A stretch of DNA of 30,612 nt from a virus (Duplodnaviria > Caudoviricetes), in the IMG/VR virus record IMGVR_UViG_3300014720_000115, positions 1 to 30,612 of that record; one strand, given 5' to 3'. The notes below the pieces were generated by a model that was given only the letters and a program-made list of their open reading frames with translations, searched no databases and was not told the DNA's origin. The position numbers and the translations under genes were made by a program. Positions 1 to 9,166 of the stretch are shown here, piece by piece (position 1 is the first letter of the stretch; the number at the start of each line of letters is the position of its first letter).

Positions 1-75
1 AAACTAGATTCTAGTATATACTGGGTTTTTTCTCAATTCTTGGTTTTATATTAAAATATAACTTTTATACATTTT

Positions 76-91
76 GGTTCCATGTGGAACA
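76..91. promoter_or_regulatory. parS-like palindrome GGTTCCATGTGGAACA
   Basis: 14/16 match to the chromosomal parS-type palindrome TGTTCCACGTGGAACA; lies in non-coding DNA just beyond the sheath terminator. Confidence 0.5.
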
Positions 92-94
92 TCT

Positions 95-125
95 AAAAGG
101 GGAAGCGGTTAAACTTCCCCTTTTT
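95..125. terminator. Intrinsic terminator downstream of tail sheath gene (possibly bidirectional)
   Basis: AAAAGGGGAAG-cggttaaa-CTTCCCCTTTTT perfect inverted repeat, 2 nt beyond the sheath stop, with A/T tracts on both sides. Confidence 0.85.
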
Positions 126-127
126 CA

Positions 128-2974
128 TTAGATATTATCGAATGATGCTCCAGTAGGTGTTATTATGAACTCAACGTCGATGAATTCAAGTGAACGTGTT
201 GGTTTGATATAAATCTTACCTCTAAGAGTGTTTGCATCAATGTCCTCAGGGTCATTTGATACGGTTACACGGAATTCGTATAAACCTCTTTCTCTCTTTA
301 TAGACTCAAGAATTGGGTTTACCAATCTCAAGAACTCGTTTCTTACTTGTTCGTCGTTTTGTTCGAATAGTAATCTAACTGCAACCGCTGAAATTAACTT
401 TCTGGCTCTTAACAAGAGTCTTCTTACGTTAATTCTGTCCAACGCAGATTCTCTAACCTGAAGGGTTTTGTTACCCCATATGATTGTACCTGTATCTGAG
501 AAGGTTGCGATTGGGTTAATTCTGTTTTTATACAATTCGTCTCTTTCGTCTAAGGTCAATTTCTTGGTTGCTTTGATGGCTTTTACCAATCCTCTTGAGT
601 AACCCGCTACTGCGAACCAAGGGAATGACACATTATCCGTAAGGGCTATGTTTCTTACAACCTCACCTGTTGGTGGAACAAATAATTGGGTGGCGTTATC
701 TTGGTCTCTAACTTGAATCCATGGCCAATAAGTGGCTGTATAGTTAGTGTCAAGAGAAACACCATCCAAAGCGTCTACCACTTCCTCAACTGTTGAGAAA
801 TTAGGTGGTGCTATGATATAAAGTGAATCCGCTCTATCATTTTCCATGATGTCGATTGCCTGTGCAGTCAATGAACTATGGTCATAGAAGTTGATACCAG
901 GAGATGCGAATATGTTGATATCCACAGCTTCGGGGTTTGCGTAGGTCTCAAGACCTTTTAAGTATGAATAGTAGTCAGAGTTACCAACCGTAGTACTGAA
1001 TACACCACCATTTGATGTGTTTCCACTAACATACGTTGGCTTTCCGAAGATATAAGAGTCTCCGAATGTTCTAACCTCTCTGTAAATGTCCCATCCGTCA
1101 AATCCACCACACACCGCAAAGGTGAATTTACGATAGTTGATGTTGGTCATAACATTATCAACACCTGATTGACCCTCTAAGTCGTAAGATGTAGTTGTGA
1201 ATGTTGTACCTGTGATTGTTGATGCACTTGTAGATAAGTGGAAACCATTAGTAGTACCTACCGCTCCGGCCCCCTTATACTTAAATAAATCCTTATCAAA
1301 TCCTGTCTGAGAAGATAAACCAAAGGTTATCTTTCTGATTTTGTCCCCACCTGAAAGGATAGGGGTACCATCGGCTTCGTATCCCATAACGTCACCAGCG
1401 TCAAAGAATTGAGTTTTAAACATAACAGAACCCAAGGTTGTACCTGAGAACGATGTGTTAGCCACGAATCCTTTAAAACCAGCAGGGAATGCATCTACGG
1501 GATGGTTACTTGCCATGTTTAACATGATATACTTAGAACGTAATTCATATTCACCATCAGATGTACCAACTTTTCTCGCCACATAACCTGGTAGGTCAGG
1601 GTTCATTGAACATCTTGTGAATTTTTCAAGAACAAGTTGATTGTCGTCAGTATCGTTGAAATCACGAACTAACATATCAAATTCACCTGTTTCTAAGTTA
1701 ATATTAATGATTGAAATTTTTACTTGTTCGTTAGCTGCGTTACCATCAGAGATGGTAATCACTTCAAACAAATCAGATACTTCGCCACCACGAACTTCAG
1801 ATACAACCATTGGTGACATTGGGGTATCCCATTGTCCCGCGAAGTTTGAACCTTCTGAAACAAACACTTCATTTAAACTTAAACCCCTTACATTACCTTG
1901 TTGGAACGCGGCTTTTAAGTATGCAGGATATGCTTCGTAAACATAGATAGGTACTTCATTTCTTGGTTTATCAAACACATCAGTACCTAAAACTTTAGTT
2001 ATGTACTTAGATGATGTTGTGTCCATAGAACATGTAAATGTCTTACCGCTACTTGTTGTACCCGTAACCTGAATTGTAAATTCAGAGAATGGGTTCACCC
2101 CAAGTGAACTACCTACAACATTGAAACTTGTGTTACCTGTCAATTCAAGACCCAAAGTTTGACCTGAGTATGAACCTCTTGGTCTGAAAGCGGCTACAAC
2201 TTTATTGTTGTGTTCACTTTTAACTGTTGAGTTATAAACAAATTGAGTAACGTTGAAAGTTCCTGTACCACCTGATGTGTATTCAAATAGGTAGGCGTAA
2301 ACCTCAGTACCACTTGAATTACATACTATATTATACCATTCTTTACCATTTTGGTTGTCAGCATTGTTTAAACCTGTTAAAGGTGAAATTTCTTCTAAAC
2401 TTGCCGTTAAACCTGATGTAGATGATGATGGTACTTCACCAATAACGAACCATTGTCCGTGGTCAGCGTTTGTGTTACCACTAAATGAGGACAATAGATA
2501 ATTAGCCATAGTTTGACCATCATATGAAGTAACTCCTGAAATATTTTCAAAGAATGTACTACCTGTTATTTGATTGAAAGTAGATGGGTCACATGTACCT
2601 GTGGTTGAACCACTCAAAGAACCCAAGGTTAAACCACCGAGGGTTTTAATTGCGTAAGTCTTAACAGGTTTATAACCTGTAAGACCAAGAATTCTTGTTA
2701 CGAAAAGTTGATTTGATTCCTCAAGGTAAGATTTTGCTACGTAAGGTAACTCGAATTTTGGGTTACCATTACCATCTTTTACTGGGGTAGAACCTCCGAA
2801 GTAAAGTTTAAACTCATCATAATCTGTTACAAGGATTGGTTCAAAAGCGGGACCTTTAAGGGTCTCACCAACTAAACCAAGGGTTGTAACACCAACACTC
2901 TGTGCTACGAATGTTAAATCTTTTTCTGATGTGTATACACCCGGAGATACAAATACTCTATTTGAATTTGCCAT
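128..2974 (-). CDS. Contractile tail sheath protein (T4 gp18-like), 948 aa
   Basis: N-terminal SPGVYTSEKDL, GETLKGPAFEP; C-terminal YWPW, PWFAVAGYSRG, RINPI, IWGNKTL, LDRINVRRLL, IKPTRSLEFI motifs of the sheath family. Confidence 0.96.
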   Translation of the reverse strand: MANSNRVFVSPGVYTSEKDLTFVAQSVGVTTLGLVGETLKGPAFEPILVTDYDEFKLYFGGSTPVKDGNGNPKFELPYVAKSYLEESNQLFVTRILGLTGYKPVKTYAIKTLGGLTLGSLSGSTTGTCDPSTFNQITGSTFFENISGVTSYDGQTMANYLLSSFSGNTNADHGQWFVIGEVPSSSTSGLTASLEEISPLTGLNNADNQNGKEWYNIVCNSSGTEVYAYLFEYTSGGTGTFNVTQFVYNSTVKSEHNNKVVAAFRPRGSYSGQTLGLELTGNTSFNVVGSSLGVNPFSEFTIQVTGTTSSGKTFTCSMDTTSSKYITKVLGTDVFDKPRNEVPIYVYEAYPAYLKAAFQQGNVRGLSLNEVFVSEGSNFAGQWDTPMSPMVVSEVRGGEVSDLFEVITISDGNAANEQVKISIININLETGEFDMLVRDFNDTDDNQLVLEKFTRCSMNPDLPGYVARKVGTSDGEYELRSKYIMLNMASNHPVDAFPAGFKGFVANTSFSGTTLGSVMFKTQFFDAGDVMGYEADGTPILSGGDKIRKITFGLSSQTGFDKDLFKYKGAGAVGTTNGFHLSTSASTITGTTFTTTSYDLEGQSGVDNVMTNINYRKFTFAVCGGFDGWDIYREVRTFGDSYIFGKPTYVSGNTSNGGVFSTTVGNSDYYSYLKGLETYANPEAVDINIFASPGINFYDHSSLTAQAIDIMENDRADSLYIIAPPNFSTVEEVVDALDGVSLDTNYTATYWPWIQVRDQDNATQLFVPPTGEVVRNIALTDNVSFPWFAVAGYSRGLVKAIKATKKLTLDERDELYKNRINPIATFSDTGTIIWGNKTLQVRESALDRINVRRLLLRARKLISAVAVRLLFEQNDEQVRNEFLRLVNPILESIKRERGLYEFRVTVSNDPEDIDANTLRGKIYIKPTRSLEFIDVEFIITPTGASFDNI

Positions 2975-3014
2975 TTTTAAAAGTTTGGTTAATTTATTTT
3001 ATTTTCTTATTCTA

Positions 3015-3021
3015 ATAAATA
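3015..3021 (-). promoter_or_regulatory. Putative late promoter core TATTTAT for tail sheath
   Basis: GATATTTATT on the minus strand 40 nt before the sheath ATG; same motif precedes 10 other genes. Confidence 0.6.
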
Positions 3022-3099
3022 TCTTTGTTTTTAGCAAAGATTTCCTGAATTTTTTCAAAAAGGATAATTAAAAATCTTTTTTTATCATTATTTATCTTT

Positions 3100-3261
3100 A
3101 TGGAAAAAGAGAACCTAAAAAACATCAAAGTCAGCGAAAAACATCATCAAATGTTGAAAGAATATTGTGATAAAAACGGACTAAAAATTTATAAAGTGGT
3201 CCAAAAGTGGATTGAAGAGTCTTGTAAATCGAAGAAAAAAGATATCTACGGGGAAAATTAA
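3100..3261 (+). CDS. Small ribbon-helix-helix-like DNA-binding protein, 53 aa (absent from ORF track)
   Basis: Translated by hand: MEKENLKNIKVSEKHHQMLKEYCDKNGLKIYKVVQKWIEESCKSKKKDIYGEN*; strand-helix-G-helix pattern; TATTTAT 4 nt upstream; stop overlaps the convergent gene's stop (TTAA). Confidence 0.75.
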   Translation: MEKENLKNIKVSEKHHQMLKEYCDKNGLKIYKVVQKWIEESCKSKKKDIYGEN

Positions 3262-4511
3262 CTCAAGTAAACAACACTTACTTTTGAACCAATTATTGGT
3301 GCCGATAGTAATTTAAACTTGTAGTTACCTGAAACCTCAAAACTGACACCCTCATCTTCCACAAGACCATTAATATCTAAACTGATGATACTATCAAGAG
3401 CGCTTGATGTGGTAAACTCTAAACTTGAGCCATCGTAGGTAAAACTTTCATAAATCACATTTAATGGTTTACCAAATGTATCCATAAATGTGTCGTTTCT
3501 ACCTTTATAATATGTGATAGTTACAACCGAACCATCTAATGGTGGTTGAACAAAAGTTATTTTTGATGTTTGAGCAACGTGAAAGTAATCCACATCTCGT
3601 ATTTGTACAAGACCATTAATTGCAACAGTAAATAATACATTTATTGTTTCACCCACACTAAAGACGGTTTGAACACCATCAGCGGGAAAAGATACAATTG
3701 TTATCTCAATAGTTTTGACAATATACTTTTTGGTATAATTGTTACTCTTAATAAACTCGTTCAATAAAAACATTCTACTAACCGCCGGTTTAACCTCAAA
3801 CTCCTCGTCGTCTATTAGGAAACCAAGCATTGTAAAGGTGTAATTTTGAATATAGAACCTACGACCTTCCAAAGTATCCATTGGGGTGTTATCCTCGATT
3901 CTATCTAAAACAAGAGGTATATAATGACCTTTTACGCTTGTATATGACTGACGAGACGAGAATTTTTGTAAAACAATTCTATTGAACTTATTGATATCCC
4001 TAAGTTTTGTACAAACTATTGTTACATCAAAAGTTATATCTATGGCCACAGGTTGTGGTATCTTATATATGTCGGCACCCATTTGTGTCCCGTTCCATGT
4101 CGGAACAGAAGCATAGAAGAAATCTCTTCTGTCGGGTATTGTTCGTTGAATTGATGGGTTTGTACCGGGTTGAACGTCTGGTCTCCTGATTACAGCTATA
4201 AAGGGTAACTTCATATTACCATCCTCATCCGCAAATGTCCAATTGTTTGAAATCTCACCCCATCTTTGAATCGTCAAGATTCTTGGAATAATGGGTATTT
4301 GGTCACCATCAGAAACAATCTTGAAATTTTGTTTTACAAAATCAAGCATACCTAAATCAAGGTCCTCATGTAAAATAGAATCGGGTAAAAAGGTATCTGA
4401 TTTGGTTATTCTCTCCAATAATTCCTTTCTCCTTCCTACAATGTTAGGACCATTCATGTCTTGTTTAACCCCGTAAACTTGAATATTATTTTTTCTTTTA
4501 GGTATTCCCAT
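3258..4511 (-). CDS. Tail terminator/completion protein (T4 gp15-like) with two C-terminal beta-rich repeats
   Basis: PQPVAIDITFDVTIV...FNRIVLQKF and YTFTMLGFL resemble gp15; two INGLV..(DY/SF)...F..(P/A)P..GS.V...Y repeats; sits between neck and sheath genes. Confidence 0.6.
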   Translation of the reverse strand: MGIPKRKNNIQVYGVKQDMNGPNIVGRRKELLERITKSDTFLPDSILHEDLDLGMLDFVKQNFKIVSDGDQIPIIPRILTIQRWGEISNNWTFADEDGNMKLPFIAVIRRPDVQPGTNPSIQRTIPDRRDFFYASVPTWNGTQMGADIYKIPQPVAIDITFDVTIVCTKLRDINKFNRIVLQKFSSRQSYTSVKGHYIPLVLDRIEDNTPMDTLEGRRFYIQNYTFTMLGFLIDDEEFEVKPAVSRMFLLNEFIKSNNYTKKYIVKTIEITIVSFPADGVQTVFSVGETINVLFTVAINGLVQIRDVDYFHVAQTSKITFVQPPLDGSVVTITYYKGRNDTFMDTFGKPLNVIYESFTYDGSSLEFTTSSALDSIISLDINGLVEDEGVSFEVSGNYKFKLLSAPIIGSKVSVVYLS

Positions 4512-4513
4512 GA

Positions 4514-5026
4514 TTATATTCCTCTAAATTCAGATTCTTGTGCTGGTACACAAATGATTGTTCTATAATGTGGTTTAAAACCAAACATATTATGTTTATT
4601 ATCCGATGTTACTTTACCATCATTGGTTACAGTATAGTACCTAATTCTTTCTTCGCTTTCAGGATAACCGATGTAGTCACCATATCTAATATCTATTTTT
4701 AATTCTTCTAAATGTTTAATGTAAACAGATATTGTCATATTACCCGGCTCTAAGTATCTACCTAACCCACCCTTATAAGTAGTATTTTTTGGTTCCTCAA
4801 TCTTTACTAAACCATTAAACTCAACAGGAGGTAAAAATTTAATTTGGTCTTTACCAACCTCAGCATAAACCTCATCCGTATCAGTCTTTTGTTTGTCAAC
4901 TCTGAACAGAACCAATTTCATATTTAAATCCCCATGAAGGTATTCTTGACCTATCATTTGATTCAAATCAAAATCTGTTTCTGAAAAGAATTTACTGACT
5001 CTTGTTATGGGTAATTTATGCTTCAT
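4514..5026 (-). CDS. Putative neck/head-completion protein (gp14-like), 170 aa
   Basis: DEVYAE...KFLPPVE and IRYGDYI pattern; adjacent to gp15-like gene; start moved to ATG 5026 (MKHKLP), 5 nt after TATTTAT. Confidence 0.5.
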   Translation of the reverse strand: MKHKLPITRVSKFFSETDFDLNQMIGQEYLHGDLNMKLVLFRVDKQKTDTDEVYAEVGKDQIKFLPPVEFNGLVKIEEPKNTTYKGGLGRYLEPGNMTISVYIKHLEELKIDIRYGDYIGYPESEERIRYYTVTNDGKVTSDNKHNMFGFKPHYRTIICVPAQESEFRGI

Positions 5027-5076
5027 ACTCAATAAATAGTTCAATTATTCATTCTATTTTATTATATTTAGTTTAT

Positions 5077-6828
5077 ATGCAGAACAAGATTCTCGAAATA
5101 GAGGCGAGGGATATACTGCTTGAATATGAAGGTTTTAACAATCAATTACTTGATTGGAAAAACAAATTTCAGAATGTTAAAAATTTTCAATTAACAAGAC
5201 CTCAAGCGGAATATGTTGTAAAGTATCACGAAACAGTACCTCGAGTTGCTCGAAAGCATATCACCATTGCCAAGAATTTTGGTGAAAAAATTATGGAGGA
5301 CAAGAAGTTAACCAAAGTACCCGAAAAGATTTGGTGTGAAAAATTATTGTGTGAAAGCGATAAGGCATACCATATATGGGGTAAAATTCTTGATTCCGAA
5401 ACGAATCATGCGATGTGGCTTCCAAAATCATCTATTGTCCAAGAAGAAAAAAAATTAGACAGAATAATAGATTATAGTCCTTACTCACATAGACCACCAA
5501 TGGAACATCAAAAAGAAGCCATTGAAAAATTGTTAGCCAATGACAAATACATTCTTGCTGATGATATGGGTCTTGGTAAAAGTACGTCCGCGATTATTGC
5601 TTCATTAGAAAGTGGAGCAAAAAAAGTTTTAATTATTTGTCCCGCATCACTAAAGATTAACTGGTCAAGAGAGATTGAAAATTACTCAAGAAAAAAATCA
5701 TTAATTGTTGAGGGCAGAAAATGGGGTTCCACATTTGATTATTATATAATCAATTATGATATATTAAAAAACTATCATACAACCGATAAATCAGAAGATA
5801 GTGAAGCATATAAATTAATCATAAATGAAAATTTTGATTTAGTAATAATTGATGAAGCCCACTACGTTTCAAATCCAACAGCACAGAGAACAAAACTAAT
5901 TAATGATATTGTAAAACAAATACCTAAGGTGTGGTTACTCACGGGAACCCCAATGACATCAAGACCGATAAACTATTATAATTTATTAAAAATTGTTAAT
6001 TCACCAATTGCATTAAATTGGCAAGGTTATGTCAGAAGATATTGTGCCGGTTATCAGTTTAGAGTAGGAGGTAAAAAAATATGGAACACAGGCGGTGCAA
6101 GTAATTTAGATGAACTAAGAGAAAGAACAAAAAATTTGGTATTAAGAAGAATGAAAACCGACATTCTCGATTTACCCGAAAAAATTATCACCCCTGTTTT
6201 TTTAGATATGCAGAGTACTTTTTACAATGAAGAGTTAGAAGAATTCATGAGAATATCTAAGGAAAACAAAAAGAATGAATCAATTAGTGTGACATTAAAT
6301 CGTTTAATGAAAATTAGACAAGTGATTGCATACGAAAAAGTACCATACACATGTGAGTTAATTGATAAGTTTATAGAACAAGGTAAAAAAGTTATTGTAT
6401 TTACAAACTTTACTATGAGTTTGGATATGATTCACGAGAAGTATAAGAAAAATTCCGTGACCCTTGATGGTAGAATGTCAAAAGAAAGAAGACAAGAAAG
6501 TGTTGACAGATTTCAAAACGAGGATAAAGTAAAAATATTTATATCCAATATTAAAGCGGGAGGTGTTGGGATTACTTTAACCGCTGCGGAAACAGTAATA
6601 ATGAATGACCTATCATTTGTACCTTCAGACCACTCTCAAGCAGAAGATAGGGCGTATAGATATGGACAGAAGAATAGTGTACTCGTTTACTACCCTATTT
6701 TCGAAAACACAATCGAAATGATTGTTTATAATATATTACAAAAGAAAAAGAATATTATCGACCAAGTAATGGGAGATAATGAATATTCAGAAAGTTTTGC
6801 TCAATCACTTCTTAATGAGCTCCTCTAA
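5077..6828 (+). CDS. SNF2-family helicase/translocase (SMARCAL1/HARP-like), 583 aa
   Basis: ILADDMGLGKS (motif I), IICPASLKINW, DEAH, LLTGTP, GGVGITLT, QAEDRAYRYGQ; start moved to ATG 5077. Confidence 0.92.
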   Translation: MQNKILEIEARDILLEYEGFNNQLLDWKNKFQNVKNFQLTRPQAEYVVKYHETVPRVARKHITIAKNFGEKIMEDKKLTKVPEKIWCEKLLCESDKAYHIWGKILDSETNHAMWLPKSSIVQEEKKLDRIIDYSPYSHRPPMEHQKEAIEKLLANDKYILADDMGLGKSTSAIIASLESGAKKVLIICPASLKINWSREIENYSRKKSLIVEGRKWGSTFDYYIINYDILKNYHTTDKSEDSEAYKLIINENFDLVIIDEAHYVSNPTAQRTKLINDIVKQIPKVWLLTGTPMTSRPINYYNLLKIVNSPIALNWQGYVRRYCAGYQFRVGGKKIWNTGGASNLDELRERTKNLVLRRMKTDILDLPEKIITPVFLDMQSTFYNEELEEFMRISKENKKNESISVTLNRLMKIRQVIAYEKVPYTCELIDKFIEQGKKVIVFTNFTMSLDMIHEKYKKNSVTLDGRMSKERRQESVDRFQNEDKVKIFISNIKAGGVGITLTAAETVIMNDLSFVPSDHSQAEDRAYRYGQKNSVLVYYPIFENTIEMIVYNILQKKKNIIDQVMGDNEYSESFAQSLLNELL

Positions 6829-7995
6829 GTACTCTAAACTTTCTTTCTTAGGTACATCCTTTTCAAACTGATTAATTAAATCTCTCCAAGAATCTATTAT
6901 AACTGATTCATTAAAATCTTGATGATTTTTTGGTAGAATTACATTCACCGACTTATCACCAATTTTAATACTTGTTTCTTCCAAAACATCCATGTTAAAT
7001 TCTATTCCGTGCTTGGAACAATACATAAAAAATTCAAAAAATATTTTTGATTTAAAAATTGGGTTAATTTGTTCTTCCATTATTACTTGTTCTTTTTTAT
7101 ATGAATATGAATATCTACCCACTTTACTTTTCTTAGTGTCAAATAAATTGGGGGACATCTTTAAGAAAATCATAGTAGATGGGTTTGGGATATGGGTATT
7201 TTCATCAATATTCATTTGAGCTAAAACCAAATAATCTATTCCCTTATCAGAATAATAAGATGTGTTGATGGATTTATAAATTACGTTTTCATCATAAATC
7301 CTTGCGTTTTTTATTTGGAACTTTTTCTTTTTATATGGTATTTTCTTTTCTATTGTGTACAAGTCCACACCATTTTTCATATCATCTGAGTTACCCCTTA
7401 ATGATGAATTTCTAATTACATCATAACCATCAGGATACTTTGTTTTTAGAAAAAACTCAACAGCAAGTTCACTAAATGTGCCGGCAGCCATTGTAAAAGT
7501 TGCAATTTCTAAAAGGTGATGTAAAATATCGTTCTTGGATACTTTACCCAAGTCCTTAAATAATTTATCACCATAATAATATAACCAATTAAAATAATTT
7601 TTTAGCTCATCGTTAATAGATTGAACGTCTTCATTTTTGGGGTCAAAATCGATTAACTTAACCTTTCTACCATCAATCTCCTCTATACCTTTAGAGAAAA
7701 AATCATTTGATATATTTTGATTTAGATATTGAACAATTATATCCTGAATATCTGTGTGAGTGTTAAATTGGTTTACCGCAGACCAAGTTCTTTTAGGTGT
7801 TAAAACACCTTCCTCACCATTCTCCGTTACTTTTCCATACTGACCATACTTTGAATAGAAAACATCATAAATCACCCTCCAATTGCTCGTAAGGATACTT
7901 TTAGAGGTGTCGTATGGTTTTTTACCCACACAAATTCTATTGATTCCTTGTGAAAACCTACTTTTAGTGTATTTGAATTTAAATTTTGATTTCAC
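6805..7995 (-). CDS. Putative PD-(D/E)XK-superfamily endonuclease
   Basis: AGTFSELAVEFFL...DDMKNGVDL...FQIK fits E...D...QxK catalytic architecture; GTG start; own TAnnTTTG promoter. Confidence 0.45.
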   Translation of the reverse strand: MKSKFKFKYTKSRFSQGINRICVGKKPYDTSKSILTSNWRVIYDVFYSKYGQYGKVTENGEEGVLTPKRTWSAVNQFNTHTDIQDIIVQYLNQNISNDFFSKGIEEIDGRKVKLIDFDPKNEDVQSINDELKNYFNWLYYYGDKLFKDLGKVSKNDILHHLLEIATFTMAAGTFSELAVEFFLKTKYPDGYDVIRNSSLRGNSDDMKNGVDLYTIEKKIPYKKKKFQIKNARIYDENVIYKSINTSYYSDKGIDYLVLAQMNIDENTHIPNPSTMIFLKMSPNLFDTKKSKVGRYSYSYKKEQVIMEEQINPIFKSKIFFEFFMYCSKHGIEFNMDVLEETSIKIGDKSVNVILPKNHQDFNESVIIDSWRDLINQFEKDVPKKESLEYLEELIKK

Positions 7996-8012
7996 GAAAA
8001 ATACTTAATATC

Positions 8013-8044
8013 CAAATATACGGATATTTATAATAAAAAACAAT
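8013..8044 (-). promoter_or_regulatory. Bacteroidota-type promoter for nuclease gene
   Basis: Minus strand ATTG-N20-TATATTTG (-7 box at 8013-8020); overlaps the divergent TATTTAT at 8025-8031. Confidence 0.6.
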
Positions 8045-8047
8045 AGA

Positions 8048-9166
8048 ATGGCATCCACAGTAATAACTCAACCAGATAGAGAAAAACTTTACACACAAAT
8101 ATTCCACCTTTTGGGTATGCCGGTTCGTAGCATTGAACTTACTGAAGAACAAATGGATACCTTTTTGGAATTATCTCTTTCCGAATACGAACAATACGTT
8201 AGCGATTGGTTAATCGAGTCCCAATGGTCGGCTTTAGCGGGTTTAGATGTGGATACTCAATCACTTACAAGAGCATTTACAACAAGAAGTTTGGATTACG
8301 AAACTCAATATACCCATTCATATTCTAAAATTGTGGGTCTTCAAACAGGTGGTAATTCAGAACTAAAAAAAGATTACATAGAATTAGAAAGGGGAGTTCA
8401 AACATATGAAATACCAGCGGGTAGAGAAATTAACGAGCTTTTATGGTTTACAAGAGCAGAATTAACCGACTCAATAGTTGACCCATTCTTAGGTGGATTT
8501 GGAGGTCTTGGTGGTGTTGCGTTTGGTGGAGTTGGTGGTTTTGCACAACAAGGTTCATCGGGGTCTTATTTCATGTTACCAGCATATGATTTGTTATTAA
8601 GAATGCAAGATAGAAACATTAAGAACCGACTAATTGGTATGGATTTAACATACCGAATTACTGCGGGTCCTAATGGTAAAAAATTAGTACACCTTTACAA
8701 TGTGCCTGGTGGTAGATTTGATTTCGGTTCAATACAAAACAATAGAGAAAGAGTATGGTATTGGTACTATGACACCACATCTTTAGATACATGTTTAGAC
8801 AAAAATAGTGGTATTGTTAAATTACCCTCAGATGTTGAGACAGAACAATTGACATGGGATATGTTAAACAAACCCGCACAAAACTGGGTTAGAAAGTATC
8901 TCATCACTTACGCCAAAGAAGGTCTTGCAAGAATTTGGGGTAAATTCTCAGGTGATTTACAAGTTCCCGATAGTCAAATTAAACTTGATTACTCAACACT
9001 TTTGACTGAAGCAAAAGACGAAAAATTAAAACTTGTTGAAGAGTTAATGGGAAGACTTGAAAGACTTCGTCCTGAAAAAATTCTTGAAAGAAAAGGAAAT
9101 GAGGCAGAGAATCTTAACAAAGCTCTCAAGTATAGACCGATACAATCACCATTTAACGTGATTTAA
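8048..9166 (+). CDS. Neck protein (T4 gp13-like)
   Basis: LGMPVRSIELTEEQMD...L..Y N-terminus and WVRKY...AKE.L....GKFSG...P...LD...L..EAK.E...L.EEL C-terminus typical of gp13. Confidence 0.8.
   Translation: MASTVITQPDREKLYTQIFHLLGMPVRSIELTEEQMDTFLELSLSEYEQYVSDWLIESQWSALAGLDVDTQSLTRAFTTRSLDYETQYTHSYSKIVGLQTGGNSELKKDYIELERGVQTYEIPAGREINELLWFTRAELTDSIVDPFLGGFGGLGGVAFGGVGGFAQQGSSGSYFMLPAYDLLLRMQDRNIKNRLIGMDLTYRITAGPNGKKLVHLYNVPGGRFDFGSIQNNRERVWYWYYDTTSLDTCLDKNSGIVKLPSDVETEQLTWDMLNKPAQNWVRKYLITYAKEGLARIWGKFSGDLQVPDSQIKLDYSTLLTEAKDEKLKLVEELMGRLERLRPEKILERKGNEAENLNKALKYRPIQSPFNVI

Noticed and set aside
128-5026. Bacterial extracellular contractile injection system or tailocin
   Set aside because: Neck proteins, PolB, late sigma factor, PhoH and dUTPase indicate a complete myovirus
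4514-5077. Track starts at 5044(-) and 5002(+)
   Set aside because: They would overlap head-to-head and cover the promoter motifs; ATGs at 5026 and 5077 fit better
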